From assembly GCA_030295235.1 (NCBI GenBank), contig AP026146.1, forward strand, positions 248,001 to 312,000: a stretch of 64,000 bases of DNA, written 5' to 3'. The notes below the pieces were generated by a model. The model made no database searches. It saw only the letters and a list, made by a program, of their open reading frames with translations, and was not told where the DNA came from. Shown here in pieces: positions 11,897 through 24,777 of this stretch (position 1 is its first letter; each line of letters begins with the position of its first letter). The position numbers and the translations under genes are program-made. Source of the stretch: Fistulifera solaris (Eukaryota).

Positions 11897-14716
11897 TCAT
11901 GTGTTCACAATCAACAGGTTCAACTCAACCTGGGTACCTTTGTTTCCCTGATTAGTACTTGACGGCAGCGGCGTACCTTTGATCTTTACTGACGCATAAC
12001 TAAGGAAAGAATTGCTTGTCTGGAACGGGGGAACTTTATCCCAAATCGTATTTGATCCACCTCCACCATTATTCGAAACCACTAGCGAAACACTTCCAAC
12101 TGGCCCATTCGCCGTTGAAATAATAGCCTGGACTTTTAGATCTGTGCCGTACGTCACGGTGCTGATCGTTTGACCTTCCGTAAGAGAAGCTATCAGGACA
12201 GTACCCAGCCCGTCAACAAGCGACCAACCAGTGATCGTGCCGACAGGACCCGGTGTCGTGGGCGCAGCAGTTAGAAATGTAGTTGGATCCACAGTTGGAA
12301 GTGGAGACGAAGTTGTCTTGACGGATGGAGGCGAAGTCGGATCCGCAGATGGAGACGAAGGCGGACCCGCAGATGGAGACGGAGTCGGACTCATAGATGG
12401 AGGGTTGACAGGGACTACGACTGGACTTGGAACGGGCACAAATACAGGACTCGGAACGGGCACAAATACAGGACTTGGAACGGGCACAAATACAGGACTC
12501 GGAACTGGGTTTGGAGCCAAAACGGGGCTTGTTACCGGAGCAAGAACAGGAGCATTAGTCGGTGATGAAGTCGGGCTCGTTGTGGGGCTTCGTGTTGGAC
12601 TTTCTGTAAGAGCGCGCGATGGGGCTTCAGTAGGACGTTGTGTTTGTGATTGTGTTGGATTGTCTGTTGTCGCAATCGTCGTTGGACTTGGAGGAGAAAT
12701 AGTGCCTGGCGACGACACAGGACTGGCAACTGTTGGGCTAACAACTGTCGGCGGGACGACAGGTGAGGTCGGTCCCGTTCCTGTAGGAAATGATGGCCCT
12801 GTCGGCGCACTTCCTGTAGGGAATGATTGACTTGCCGGTGCATTTCCTGTAGGGAATGATTGACCTGCCGGCGCACTTCCTGTAGGGAATGGTTGACTTG
12901 TCGGCATTGATTGTCCTGTAGGCACAGACGGAACGACCATTGTCATTGAAGGCCTAGGGGTCGCCGCGGTGGCCGTCGGACTAAAGCCGAACGTGTTTGT
13001 TGGACTTGCAGTAGTTCCCGCAAATGGTGTTTGAATGTCACTCCCTGTCGTAGGTGCTGGAACAAGAACAAAACCACCCGTAGGAGTATTTGTAAACATA
13101 GCAATTGGCGACGTCATTGTTTGAGGACTTGCCAAGGGGAATCCAAATGTAGGCGATAAGACCGGGAACGGGGCCAAACCTGGCGATACTATGGGGCTTC
13201 CAGGTAAAGCACTTGTTGGGACACCGATGTTTCCTGGTACTGTTGGAATAGGAGCCGTAACGGGAGACGGAATACCGCCGAAGGAGGGCTTGTTCGTGGG
13301 TGGCTCGGATGCTGGAAAAGATAGCGGCGATCGGCTGGGTAATATATCGTAGCTTAGATCATCGCCGGGCGAGGGCGTGGGCTCCAATCCAAGGGAGCCC
13401 AAATCTTCAACGAACGATTCTGGAGAAACCGAAGGAGCAATACCAGAAGCCAAGTCGAGAGTATCGAACTTGTACGCAACGAGTTCGTTCTCCGCGAAAA
13501 CCGGCTTCGGGACGTTGATCTTCATCTCTTCCTCTGCCATGTAGCTTCCCAACGTCGCTCCTCCAAGACCTCCTGCTGCTATGATGGAGCCAATCGCTAC
13601 CCCCACAGCAAACTTGGCACTCATGGTGGCGGCAGCAGCTGCTCCTCCCGCCGCAACGGCAGTGGCACCACCGGCAGTAGCTCCAGCGGATGCGGCTACT
13701 GTGATTGTTGCTGCCCCTTGTCCCACAGAAGCACCCGCGGTCTGTGCTGCTTGAATCATGGCTTGTTTCATTACTTGTGCGCTGAAACAGTTGAAAATCG
13801 AAAGTTAGCGAATGAACAAATAATATCATTGTCGATGTTACATCACAAATCACTTACGTTACATCCTGCTGAACCACGAAAGCGCCCGTCATATTGCGTG
13901 ATGACTCGTGCGCTCCCGCTTGTGCGAAACTGGAAAAATCACCTCCGCGATTCAACATGCCGTGTTGTAGATTCCCACTGCGGTTTACCATGACGTGAGC
14001 CGCCGCTGCATCTTCCACAACATCCTCCTCGTTATTTTGATTGTTAAGAAGTCGTTTTCCCAATCGCATCAACGGATCCATGGCGAAATACATGCCGCCT
14101 TGTAGCATAAGTCCGTACCCCATTTGTTTTACAAATTGCCGAGTCGGGTCCTCCTCTTCCTCCTCTCCCTTCTTCGGCGGACTCCCTAGACTACCCCCGG
14201 AGCCGTTCGCGTTCGTCGCATCTACTAACATAGGAATGTCCTCCAGAGACATGGAATTTTCCATCCGAGCGGTTTTTCCGAGCGCATCATGAGAATGCGA
14301 CATGGATGCTTCGCTTGTAAACGATTCAAAAGAGCCATCCCACAAGTCGCCAGCGGATTTATTGAGTGCACTGCAAAAATGAAAATAGTATGAAGCAAAG
14401 AGCAAAGTGAGGAAAACGTTGCGGTTGCAAATTTAATACCGTGAAGCCGCGAATGAAAGGCCTCTTTCCCGGTGAATAGACTCCGTATTATAGATAATCC
14501 TGCTACTTACGAGAAGGAAATCATACCGTCCGGTAGGTCGGAATAGGCATCCATAAACGAAGGGTCTTCGTCTCCTTCACTAAGATGCATGCTTTCGCTG
14601 GAGAGGGTATCCTGATTGTCTTTGGCATCATAAAACTTCCCGTCCGGGTGCAACGGCAACTCTCTGGATTCGTTATTCGCATCGAAAACGGTCACCGACT
14701 CGGCAAATCCGACCAT
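11897..14716 (-). CDS. Mucin-like membrane protein, family copy A (3 exons, ~867 aa)
   Basis: Exons 14716-14511, 14370-13858 and 13781-11897 join in frame via GT-AG introns. Acidic N-terminus, Ala/Gly-rich hydrophobic segment, P/T/S stalk and one C-terminal ~110-aa domain. Confidence 0.8.
12420..12506 (-). repeat. 24-nt coding tandem repeat (PSPVFVPV)
   Basis: ggactYggaacgggcacaaataca repeated about 3.5 times. Confidence 0.85.
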
Positions 14717-16044
14717 GGTCACCCAATAGACAGAAAAATTGAACAGATATGGAGGCTCGAATGCGTTTTCAGGGTCAACACTCTAATCGGGGATCTATTT
14801 TTATTTTGGTGTTTCTCTATCCGTCTCGTCCCAGTCGAGGGAAGAAAAAAAAGTTGTTTGTTGCGTTCATTTGGCGGATGGAGAAAATTGCAGGGCCTAT
14901 CGCTTCGTTAATTGCTCTTTTTCGTCCGTTTACACTAGTACTGAAAGAATTTTTAGTTTCGCTTGAAGTGCCAGCTTCACGTTTAGCACTTAATTGATTG
15001 AGGAAACGAAAGACACCCAACACTGAAACGCGACGCTTCTTGCCATAGTGGTTAGTTCGGGGTAGATTTAAGACGATTCCACCTGATTTCTACTATCTCT
15101 TTGGATGTAGCAAACGATCACGTTTTGGTCGTAAAACAAATCCGCTACGATAGTTCTTTGTACCTCATGTATGACTTTCGTCTTTCGTCTGAAAGGGCAC
15201 TATAATTGTTAAGTACAGTACGTAATCATCTAACTCGTGGAAATTTGTACCAGCTCCACGTTCAGAACTTTAACCAGTACCTCTATTCATTGATCGGGCA
15301 GCACCTTGACAAAACAATAACAAAAAAGACTCGATGATGTGATTTGGATCTTTGCATGGCAGAAGCGTGCATTTCATCGAATATGCTCGTCGACGAGCGA
15401 TATCTTCTTTTAACACCATCAGATGAGACCACTCGAACTATGGGTAAGAGTCCGGCATCGAACGAGGGTCTAAGGGAGACATCATCAAATAAATGAAGTG
15501 CTCCATCATGCTGCTCATGAGCAAATGATGATTCGGTTATTACGCGTCACCTGACTGACAGCAAAATACTCTATTCACTACTGTCTCTCTGTAATGACAA
15601 ACGAAACTTTTAGAGACCACGGGCCCATTGGATTCTTCAGCTGTGGCAAGGTAGAAAAGGAGCATCCTCGTTGTTAATTGTCAAAAAATGAATTACCACA
15701 GAGAAAGAAAACATTGCATCAATTCGAACAAAAAGTTATTTGATTTACCCTGAGCGAGAACGCGATTGCGCAGGAAAGCTGAATTGATCGACAGAACAAG
15801 GTGCAAAGCTGGCAACTGATAAAACGAGAGTGACTCGCCCAATCGTCTTATGACGAGCCCCCTTATCCGAGAAATTCGACCGCACCTTATGAATCGATTT
15901 TGCAATAAAGCTCAAACATTAAATTTGACACGACCGCTCGGATGCAATTGACCATTAAGCAGTTGGCTCTACATTGTTATGAACACGATCGAGTGTCTCC
16001 TCTTTCTTGTGGATTTCGAAGGAACATCCACACCAAGATAAAAT

Positions 16045-19000
16045 TTAGGATATTGTGCCAATGATCGACAAATTCAGTCGAACTTCAACACCCTTGTTGC
16101 CCTGATTACTGTTAGATGGAAGCGGAATCGCCTTGATGCTGACAGATGAATATCGGAGGAATCGATTGTCCGTTTCAAAAACCGGACCAGGTCTGCTCCA
16201 TATCGACGAAGATCCACCGCCGTTATTGTTATCGATGTCAAAGGTTACGCTGTTGACAGGGCCCCATATTGTTAAGTAGAGGGCTCGGACTCTGAGGTTC
16301 GTCCCATATACAGCTGTATTGATGGTTTGTCCCTGGAACAAAAATGGAATCAGAACATTTCCTCCCCCCATCGACAAGCGAAAAGCCAATGATGGAGCCA
16401 ACTGGTCCCGTGCCAACAGGTGACGGGGCCACGGGCGTCGGCTGTGGAGCAATTGGTACTGGAGCAACAACAGGCGATGGCGCAACAGGGACCGGCTGTA
16501 ACTCAGTAGGAACAGGAACGACAACGGGTGCGACCGTCGGATTGTCAGTTGGGCCTTTTGTAGGTATAGACGTAGGCATTGAGCTCGGCCTGGAACTCGG
16601 AACAGAAGTGGGATAACCAGTTGTCCCAGACGGATTACTAGTCGGGTCATTTGTGGGCAAAGAGGTCGGACCTGGACTTGGAACCGAACTTGGATGATCC
16701 GTAGGGACTGTTAATGGGTTAACTGGCGGTATACTGACTGGCGTTAGCATGGGACTGCCTGTTGTCGCTGGTGGTCTCAGTAAAGCAACACTTGGCACAG
16801 AACTGGGATGTTGCGACGCCGCAGATGGATTGCTAGTCGGGGTATTCGTGGGCAAAGAGGTCGGTATCACGGTCGGAACAACGCTCGGAGCAAAGCTCGG
16901 ATAGTCCGAAGGAACCAATGAGGGCATCTCGGATATCACTCCTACCGGGTTCATGTTTGGCACTCTGACTGGATTACCGGTAGTTGGCGAAGGACGTGGC
17001 ATAATTGTGGGTGAGGAACTGGGCAGAGAAATCGGCAGAGAGCCTGCATTGTCAGTCGTAGGCGCAAATGTGGGCTTTGAAGTTGGAGTCGAACTTGGAC
17101 TGTCGATATTTGAGTCATTGCTTGGCGATGTGGAGGGAAAACTAATGAAGGTCGTTGGACGCAAAGAAGCAGGTATCGATAGGCTTGGCTTAAAGCTTGG
17201 TACAGATGTTGGCTCATCCGCAACTACCGATGGTATGTTGGTGGGGCCGGTTGTTGCAAATAGGGGTGCCGAGCTTGGAATTGAGCTTGGACTGTCCGCT
17301 GTCGCCGTTGCTGGTGTTGGAAGAGCAGATGATGTTGACGGACGAACAGTGGGGATGAGACTTGGCGATGACAGGGGGCTGTTTGTAGCAGTTGGAATTT
17401 GAACCGGGCTTGAAATATTGGGCTCTAATGTTGGAGTCCCCGTAAACGTTCTTACTGGACTGTCGCCAGCAGTTGGAATTTGAACCGGGCTTGAAATATT
17501 GGGCTCTAATGTTGGAGTCCCCGTAAACGTACTTACTGGACTGTCGCCAAAGTTTATTGTTGGTGATTGCGTTGGCATAGCTGTTCTTGCTAATAAAATG
17601 GTGGAAGGACTAGAAGATGAGCCGACAATAGGGTTGGAGAGGGCTGGACTGTCCGTTGTCACAGCCCGACCAGTAGGCTCCAAAGTTCCAGTCGGGTCGG
17701 TGATCACAGCAACGGTCGGCAAAGTAGTCAGGATGCCTTTTAATATGGTCGGTGATGGCGTCAACGCAGGGTAAGGCACGAATTCTCCCGTCGGCTCGTT
17801 TGAAGACGTTGGAATGGGCGATGTTGACGGAATAAAACTAGCCAAATCGATGGGAATACCAATAGCTGGATGCTGAGTTGCTATTATCATTGCAGGATTT
17901 CCAGCCAACCCACCAACTGGGACTCCCGGACTACCTAATGTTGGCGCCATTACGGGTGATCCACTCGTGCTTGTAGTGGGTGTGGATACAGGGCTTAAGG
18001 GCAGTGGTCTAGTTGGATCAACGTGGTAGCCAAAATCCTTGTTTGGCGAGGATGTTGGTAGATTTCCGAGAGAATTCCACGATTCTGGAGAAACCGTAGG
18101 GGCAATAGCTGCTGCCAGGTCAAGAGTGTCAAATCCGTACGAAGCTAGCTCTTGCTTAGCAAAGACGGGCGTCGAAACGTCGACGTTTAACTCCTTCTCT
18201 CCCATATAGCTTCCGAGCGTCGCTCCTCCCAGACCTCCCACTGCGATGATAGAGCCAACCGCTACCCCAATGGCAAACTTGGCACTCATAGTGGCGGCAG
18301 CAGCTGCTCCTCCAGCCGCAACAGCAGTGGCACCACCAGCAGCTGCTCCAGCAGATGCTGCTACTGTCATCGTTGCTGCTCCCTGTCCCACGGACGCTCC
18401 TGCTGACTGGGCAGCCTGAATCATGGCTTGCTTCATTACCTTTGTCCTGGAGAAAAAGAAGTTGAAAGTCAGTCAAAGCAGACTCAGACTGCTTTTGCTT
18501 GATGCTTCACTCAGCGAACAACTTACGTTACATCTTGTTGGAGCACAAACGCTCCCGTCATATTGCGGGATGACTCGTGGGCGCTTGCATGTGCGAAATT
18601 GGAAAAATCACCCGCGCGGGTCGTCATATTGTGTTGCAATTGTCCGCTTCGGTTCATTATCATCTGAGCTGCCGCTGCATCCTCCAGAATATCCTCTTCG
18701 TTTTCGTCACTGCTAAAGAGCCGTTTTCCAATTTTTATCAATGGATTTATCGCGAATTGCAACCCGCCCTGGAGCATGAGTCCATATCCCATCTGCTTTA
18801 CGAATTGGCGAGTCGGATCCTCCTCTGGTTCATCCTCTTCCTTCTTCGGTGCACTGCTTATACTATCGCTCGAACCGTTTGCGTTACTCGCAGCTACCAA
18901 GTTGGGAAGGTCCTCGAGTGTCATAGAATTTTCCATTGGAACAGGTTTTGACTCGATTGTCGTATCCTGGAACTGCGACATCGAAGCATTTCCGTCACCG

Positions 19001-19407
19001 CCGAATTCAAAGGAATCATCCCACAAGTCGTTAACGGATGTGTTGAGTGTGCTGTGACAGAGAAATGAATCCGTGCAGTCATAAGTTAACACCGCAATCA
19101 GCAAAAGGGAGAGACATAACTTCGATATTAGCATGGCACTACATCGCGCAAATTGAGAGCTCCGCGACTTCAATACTTACGACAACGAAATCATGTTATT
19201 GGAAAGATTACCGATCGGCATGGTAGAGAACGCATCTATAAATTCAGTTTCATCGTCGGCTTCACTCAGATGCAAACTTTCGTTTCCAAGAATGTCGCTT
19301 TCTTGGTCGTCCTGCGCATCATAAAATTTGCCATCGGGATGAAGCCTTAACTCCCTGGACTCATTGTTCGCGTCAAAGACGGTAACAGAGTCGGAAAATC
19401 CGACCAT
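16045..19407 (-). CDS. Mucin-like membrane protein, family copy B (3 exons; frameshift at ~16366)
   Basis: Exons 19407-19181, 19051-18527 and 18446-16045. N-terminus and TM nearly identical to copy A. An extra base in the C6 run at 16364-16369 interrupts the C-terminal domain (DGGGNVLIPFL). Confidence 0.8.
17387..17548 (-). repeat. 81-nt tandem duplication within the copy B stalk
   Basis: Units 17387-17467 and 17468-17548 differ at one base; they encode DSPV(S/R)TFTGTPTLEPNISSPVQIPTA twice. Confidence 0.9.
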
Positions 19408-20761
19408 GGCGGCGTTGCTTGTTGTTGCTTAACAATCGTTTGCTTGGACAAAATAGTCTTGTTGTGATCGTTGTTTGTTGGTTTCGCAATGGCTTTCGTG
19501 TTCTTGCTTTTTGAAGTTCATTATTAAAGGCCCAAACGAAATCGAAATACACATTATCCTAGATTACACCACCGGCAAGAACTATGATTCATTAGATTGT
19601 GTACCCTACTGGTTGGTGAAAGTACTAATAAAGCTGTTTTCCAGTATTGTGTTTTTACTGAGTTTTAACTACGTTTCGGAGTATGTTATACGAAGCTGAC
19701 TGTGAATTATTTTCCTTGGTCTTGGTCAATAGTCAAGAGTTAAGAAGAATATCATCAAGAATCATCATTTGAGTCCGGAGGATTCATGAGTCATGAGGAG
19801 ACGATATGCATCGAATGAAAACGAGTAGTCCGAAGTCCGAAGATTAGCTCTAGCTAAGGGATTAGATGATGACAATTTCTAGACAGTTGTGGTTTAAAAT
19901 AGAATTTCAAAGAAGAAGAGACGACTGGTGCGCAAAATAAACTTAATCGGATCCTATATTGAATTGCGTCTCCTGGTTAGCAACGCCTTCGTGTTGTTGC
20001 ACGACAATGGAAACTACAGCATTTGTCCTTTCATCAGAAAGAAGATTGAAGACTTATCAAACCTCCTGGCTGTTCTTTAAGCTATTGAGTACGATGTAAC
20101 ATAATCAAATGACATTTTTAAGACGGAGTATGGTTAATCCTTAGCTGACTCGTGTACTTTTTGCTCTTTGGTGTAGTTCATTCAAACATCACCCTCTGTA
20201 ATCATTTGTTCAACGTACGAAGTGAAGTTTTGCAACCACCATAGCTGTGCTGCCAGAATAGCAAGAAGGTTCCGTTGTCATTAGTGTTTTGGTCGACGGC
20301 AACAAGTACAGACGAGAGAAAGTCTCCCTGCTTGGTCTTGATGACTGATGAGTGATGATGACCGATGTGTGATACTCCGAGCCTTCCGTACTACTTCGAT
20401 AAACAATGTAACCTTAACCCTAACACGTCAGATAAGCGGGAACGGAAGCGGCAAACGCGAACAAAAAAAAATCGACGATGGCACTTTGGCCCAAACTCCG
20501 ATTAAGAAAACGACCGAAAATCTCTTTCACTATAGCCTAGAAAGTGCAGTTCTCATGCCTCGATCTTTGGGGTGCTTTTTGACACGAGAAATGCCACGAG
20601 CAATCAGCCCATCAACACTCAACTCTCTGCTCGTGGATTTTTTATTCTTTACTCGGAACTATCTCATTGTTTTTCCAAACAAAGATAAGCAAACAGAACA
20701 CTCCTGAAGGATCATTTCTTGCGTCAAGCGAAATCGCCTACTTCATACAATCAAGTCAAAT

Positions 20762-20968
20762 ATGTACCGTCAATTCCCCGTCTTCCTCACCGTCATCGTT
20801 ATGCTCTTTGCCGCTGTGAGTTCCTTTGGCGGACGAGGCAAACAAGCCGTTACCTCCCATGGATCAGGCCTTCACGGGCATCGTCTGCTGAATCATCTTT
20901 TCGACATCGGCGAGAATCCCAACGAAGATATCCGGACCAATGTCTTTTTGGCCATGGAAGGTCTTTAA
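20762..20968 (+). CDS. 68-aa small protein with a signal peptide (secreted or plastid-targeted)
   Basis: MYRQFPVFLTVIVMLFAAVSS-F signal peptide; A-rich context before the ATG; the ORF is isolated in an otherwise empty ~2 kb interval. Confidence 0.55.
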   Translation: MYRQFPVFLTVIVMLFAAVSSFGGRGKQAVTSHGSGLHGHRLLNHLFDIGENPNEDIRTNVFLAMEGL

Positions 20969-21482
20969 GAAGAAGAAGCGTAAATGAACATCGACGCACA
21001 CACTTTTGAAACAAAACGAACGAGAAAAGGGAACAATGTATTATTACTACATAGACAACAAATAGTGTTGCGACCAAAGAACGCAACCAGAACAATTCAT
21101 TTATAATAGATCTTTTTTAACCCCGAAGCTTCGCACAATCTTCTGTTTGTTCTCTCCTTGTATCGACTTCTTATTGGCTTAAGCTCTGTAAAAAGCCTTT
21201 ATTTACTGAAATCATTCAGTCGATTTCTTCCTTCAGAACACATCAACGGTCAGATTTTGCGATTCATCTCGTCTGGTACTCGTCGCGGTCACCTTTTGCT
21301 AGGGAGAGAAAGAGATTTCTCCAGACGAAGTAGATAAAATCAAGCATTTCGCAAAAGTTAGCTCAGCTACGGGTAATAGAATGGCTACAGCTTACTATAA
21401 TGATAGCTGGTAGAGCCTAGGCAAATGCATTATAAATCATTTCTCTACTGTATCCTACATTCTCTTTGTCTATAACTCCGCT

Positions 21483-23785
21483 TCACGCGACAACTTCGGC
21501 ATCTTTTGCTTCGGCCGCATCACCGTCGTCATCTGACTTCTTATTTTCCACCACAACATCCTGAACCGTCGAAACGACCTTTTCGTTCATGAGTCTCATC
21601 ACCCGCGATGCAAAACTCCTCATGTCGGATACATCGTAGCCGCTTGTCATAGAGGCCACATCGTACATAAGTAAGGCGAAGTTCTTCAGCTCCTCCGAAT
21701 CCTTGTCGCCCTTTACCATGCGTTCCAGGTCCTGCACAATGGGATGGTTGGGGTTGATCTCGAGAACGGCTTTGTTCATCGCATCGATGCCATTGACGTC
21801 ACCACCGGAAGAAACAGCTTGTGCACGCATGTAGCGTTGCATTGTTGGACTCATTCCGTAAGCACCTTGCACCAAGGCGGCAGGTGAATTCGTCAACAAA
21901 TTGGAAACTTCCACTTTTTGGACCTTGTCTTTTAATAACACTTCCAAATATTCGACAACGGGCTTCAACTCTTCCTTAAGTGTTTCCTTTTTCTTCTTGG
22001 TTTCTTCGTCTTCGTCTAGCTTCAAATTCTCTTTGGCGGCATCCACAATGTCCTTTTCCTTATAACTGCGCAAGCTCTCCATCATAATTTCATCCAAAGG
22101 TTCGGTAGCGAAAAGGACATCATAGCCGCGTGATGCCAGCTTCTCAATGACCGGCGACATGGCGGCTCCGTCGCGGCCGTCTCCGGTAACAAAGTAAATA
22201 TTCTTTTGGTCCTCTGCCATATTTTCTACGTACTTATCCAAAGAGGTGTACTCTTCGCCCGATTTGCTGGAAAAGAATCGCAGCAACGGTGCGATTTCTT
22301 TGCGGTTGGCATCGTCTTCTACAACCCCCACCTTGAGATATTTGCCAAAGTTATTCCAGAACATAATGTACTTGGTCGTGTCTTCATCGTCCGCGATCTC
22401 GCGCATCATATCGAGCGACTTGCGGACCAAGCGTTTGTTGATGATGGAAAGTACCTTGGACTTTTGCAGAATCTCTCGACTCACGTTCAGTGGAAGATCA
22501 TTGCTATCTACAACACCGCGAACGAACTTGAGCCAGCGAGGCATCAACTCGTCGAACTTATCGTTGATAAAGACACGCTTAACATAGAGTCGAATGTTTC
22601 GAGCGTTTTCGTCAAACATGTCGCGCGACAATTCAAACGGCAGCATGCCTGGAATGTACAACAACGCCTTGCATTCCACTTGGCCCTCGAGCGAAAAATG
22701 GGTCCATTTCATTGGGTCGTCATAAGCGGCACGGAACGAAGTTTTATAAAACGACTTGTATTCGTCCTCTGTGACGTCTTTTGTGGGTCTCAGCCAGATG
22801 GGTTTTTGCGTGTTGACCAACTCATATCCTTGTTGGGTCACCGGAACCGTCTTCATTTTGGGCTCTTCACCTTCCTTTAGATCCTTGTTGGCTTCTTCAT
22901 CGGGTACTTTCTTGTACTCGGTCTTTTCCTTCCAAACAGAGATGGGAAATTCAATGAATTCAGAGTACCGCTGCAGTAGCTCTTCAATCTTGGCTGACTC
23001 GACGTACTCCACCGCCTCATCTTTCAAATGCAGAATCAATTGAGTACCCGCTCCACTTTCAAACGTCACCGAATCATCTTCTTCGATCGTATAACTACTA
23101 TCTGCTGTGGAGCTCCATCGATATTGTTTAGATCCTTCTTGCATGGATTTCGTTACGACTTCCACCTTGTTGGCGACCAAATAAGCCGAATAAAATCCGA
23201 CACCAAACTGCCCAATGAGGCCTAAATCCGCGGAACCATCCCCCAAGGCATCCATGAAGGCACGAGTACCCGATTGCGCGATGCGACCCAAGTTGTTGAT
23301 CAATTCCTCTTTGGTCATGCCGACACCACTGTCTTGGATGATCAGCGTGTTGTTTTCAGGATCGGCTTTGATCTGAATGGACGGCGTGACCGACTCGCCT
23401 TCGGTCAGCGACAAAAATCGGCGTTTGTCACAAGCATCGGCGGCATTGGAAACGAGTTCTCGCAAAAAGATATCCTTGTCACTGTACAAAGAATTGATGA
23501 TGAGATCCATCACCCGGCCGACGTCACTCTGTCATACAAACGAAGAGACAAGAAAACAATGAGTTTATGCACAGCATAAAATGAATCAACATTCACGCAG
23601 TCTGGACTTACGGTAAATTCATACGTCTCCTTTTCTTTTTCGGCCACTGTGCTCATGAATCTTCTGGTGGTAGTAGTGGTCGGCACACTCACGCCGAAGG
23701 ACGGCGTACGCATTTGCGAAGGAATAAACGCCGAGCATCCGGCGGCTGCCATCAAGAGAGCTACTGATCGAGTTGTGAACTTCAT
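21483..23785 (-). CDS. HSP90: Plastid-targeted Hsp90
   Basis: LIINSLYSDKDIFLRELVSNA, IGQFGVGFYSA and DLPLNVSREILQ motifs; bipartite presequence (GCSA-FIP); no MEEVD or KDEL tail; intron 23529-23611. Confidence 0.95.
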
Positions 23786-24241
23786 AATGCTAGGAACGAA
23801 CGAATGAAAAAGTTAAAGTGATTCGAATGGTTTTCAGCGCTGTTTCAGAGAAGAAATAATGAAACATCGAAAAACGTGTTGCGTCGTTTTGATGGCCTGG
23901 AGAGTGGAAGAAAGCTGACGAGAGGACGCCGTAGATAATCACGCCTAGACTTCTACGGAGCAATAATTGCGTCAGGGACGAAAACAGACGGGAACGATTG
24001 TACAATTTTACACCAATGAAAAAAGTCATGACACGTGGAACGTCCCAAACGGTTTGTTGTTGAGATTTATTGTTGACTCGTGATGATAATGTTTTTCAGC
24101 GACACCTAGACAAGTCTAGAAAATGGCTAACTTGAGCAGCGTCTGCAAGCTAGTTCCCGATGATGGTTCTCCTCGCCGGAAACTCTTGCAAAATTGTTTT
24201 CATTTATCTTACTATAGACCCAAAATGTCGGAGCCTTTTCA

Positions 24242-24264
24242 TCACGACTGCATTTCAGTCATGA
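24242..24264. promoter_or_regulatory. 23-bp palindromic element
   Basis: TCACGACTG-CATTT-CAGTCATGA in the Hsp90/24778 divergent intergenic region. Confidence 0.6.
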
Positions 24265-24445
24265 ATCATGATTTTTCAGCCAAGCCTGCTACTGGTACCT
24301 ATTTGTAGAAGTGCAAATGGCAAATGCTCTATTCACGATATTCTTACCTTCAAATATGTCGGCAATGAACACCTCTATTCTTTTGCCGAACATTCTCCGA
24401 ATAGTTGTATGCCAGAAATACTATAGACCCAACGTGGGATCTAGG

Positions 24446-24468
24446 CCACGACTGCGTTTCAGTCATGA
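24446..24468. promoter_or_regulatory. 23-bp palindromic element
   Basis: CCACGACTG-CGTTT-CAGTCATGA. Confidence 0.6.
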
Positions 24469-24777
24469 ATCCAGATTCACGGTCAAACCTTATTACAATT
24501 AAGATCACAGTATCTTTCCTCCATGACACGTGGAACGTCCAAGACGGTGTTCGTACGTTTTGTTTTGATTGCCATGTACGATGCATTTTTGTTTCAGCGA
24601 CACGAGAATCAATCAAAGAAAGACATCCTTTTGATCCATTGCCTCGGCAAACTCTCTCTAGAATTAACTCTCACCTAACACCACCGTGACGGAAAAAGCC
24701 TTACCAACAGATTTAATTGCTAGCTGACGAGTTCATTTCCCCGTGACTTCCACCCATTCCACAACAGACAAGTACAA

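Noticed and set aside
12231..12830. Long antisense G/V/T-rich ORFs (also 16953-17402, 28306-29130, 29470-29991, 30193-30645)
   Set aside because: These are mirror-frame artefacts of P/T/S-rich coding sequence on the opposite strand
14750..16040. Mobile element or RNA gene in the long intergenic spacers (also 19410-20700 and 50960-51780)
   Set aside because: No TIRs, LTRs, transposase/RT fragments, tRNA cloverleaf or rRNA similarity could be seen by eye
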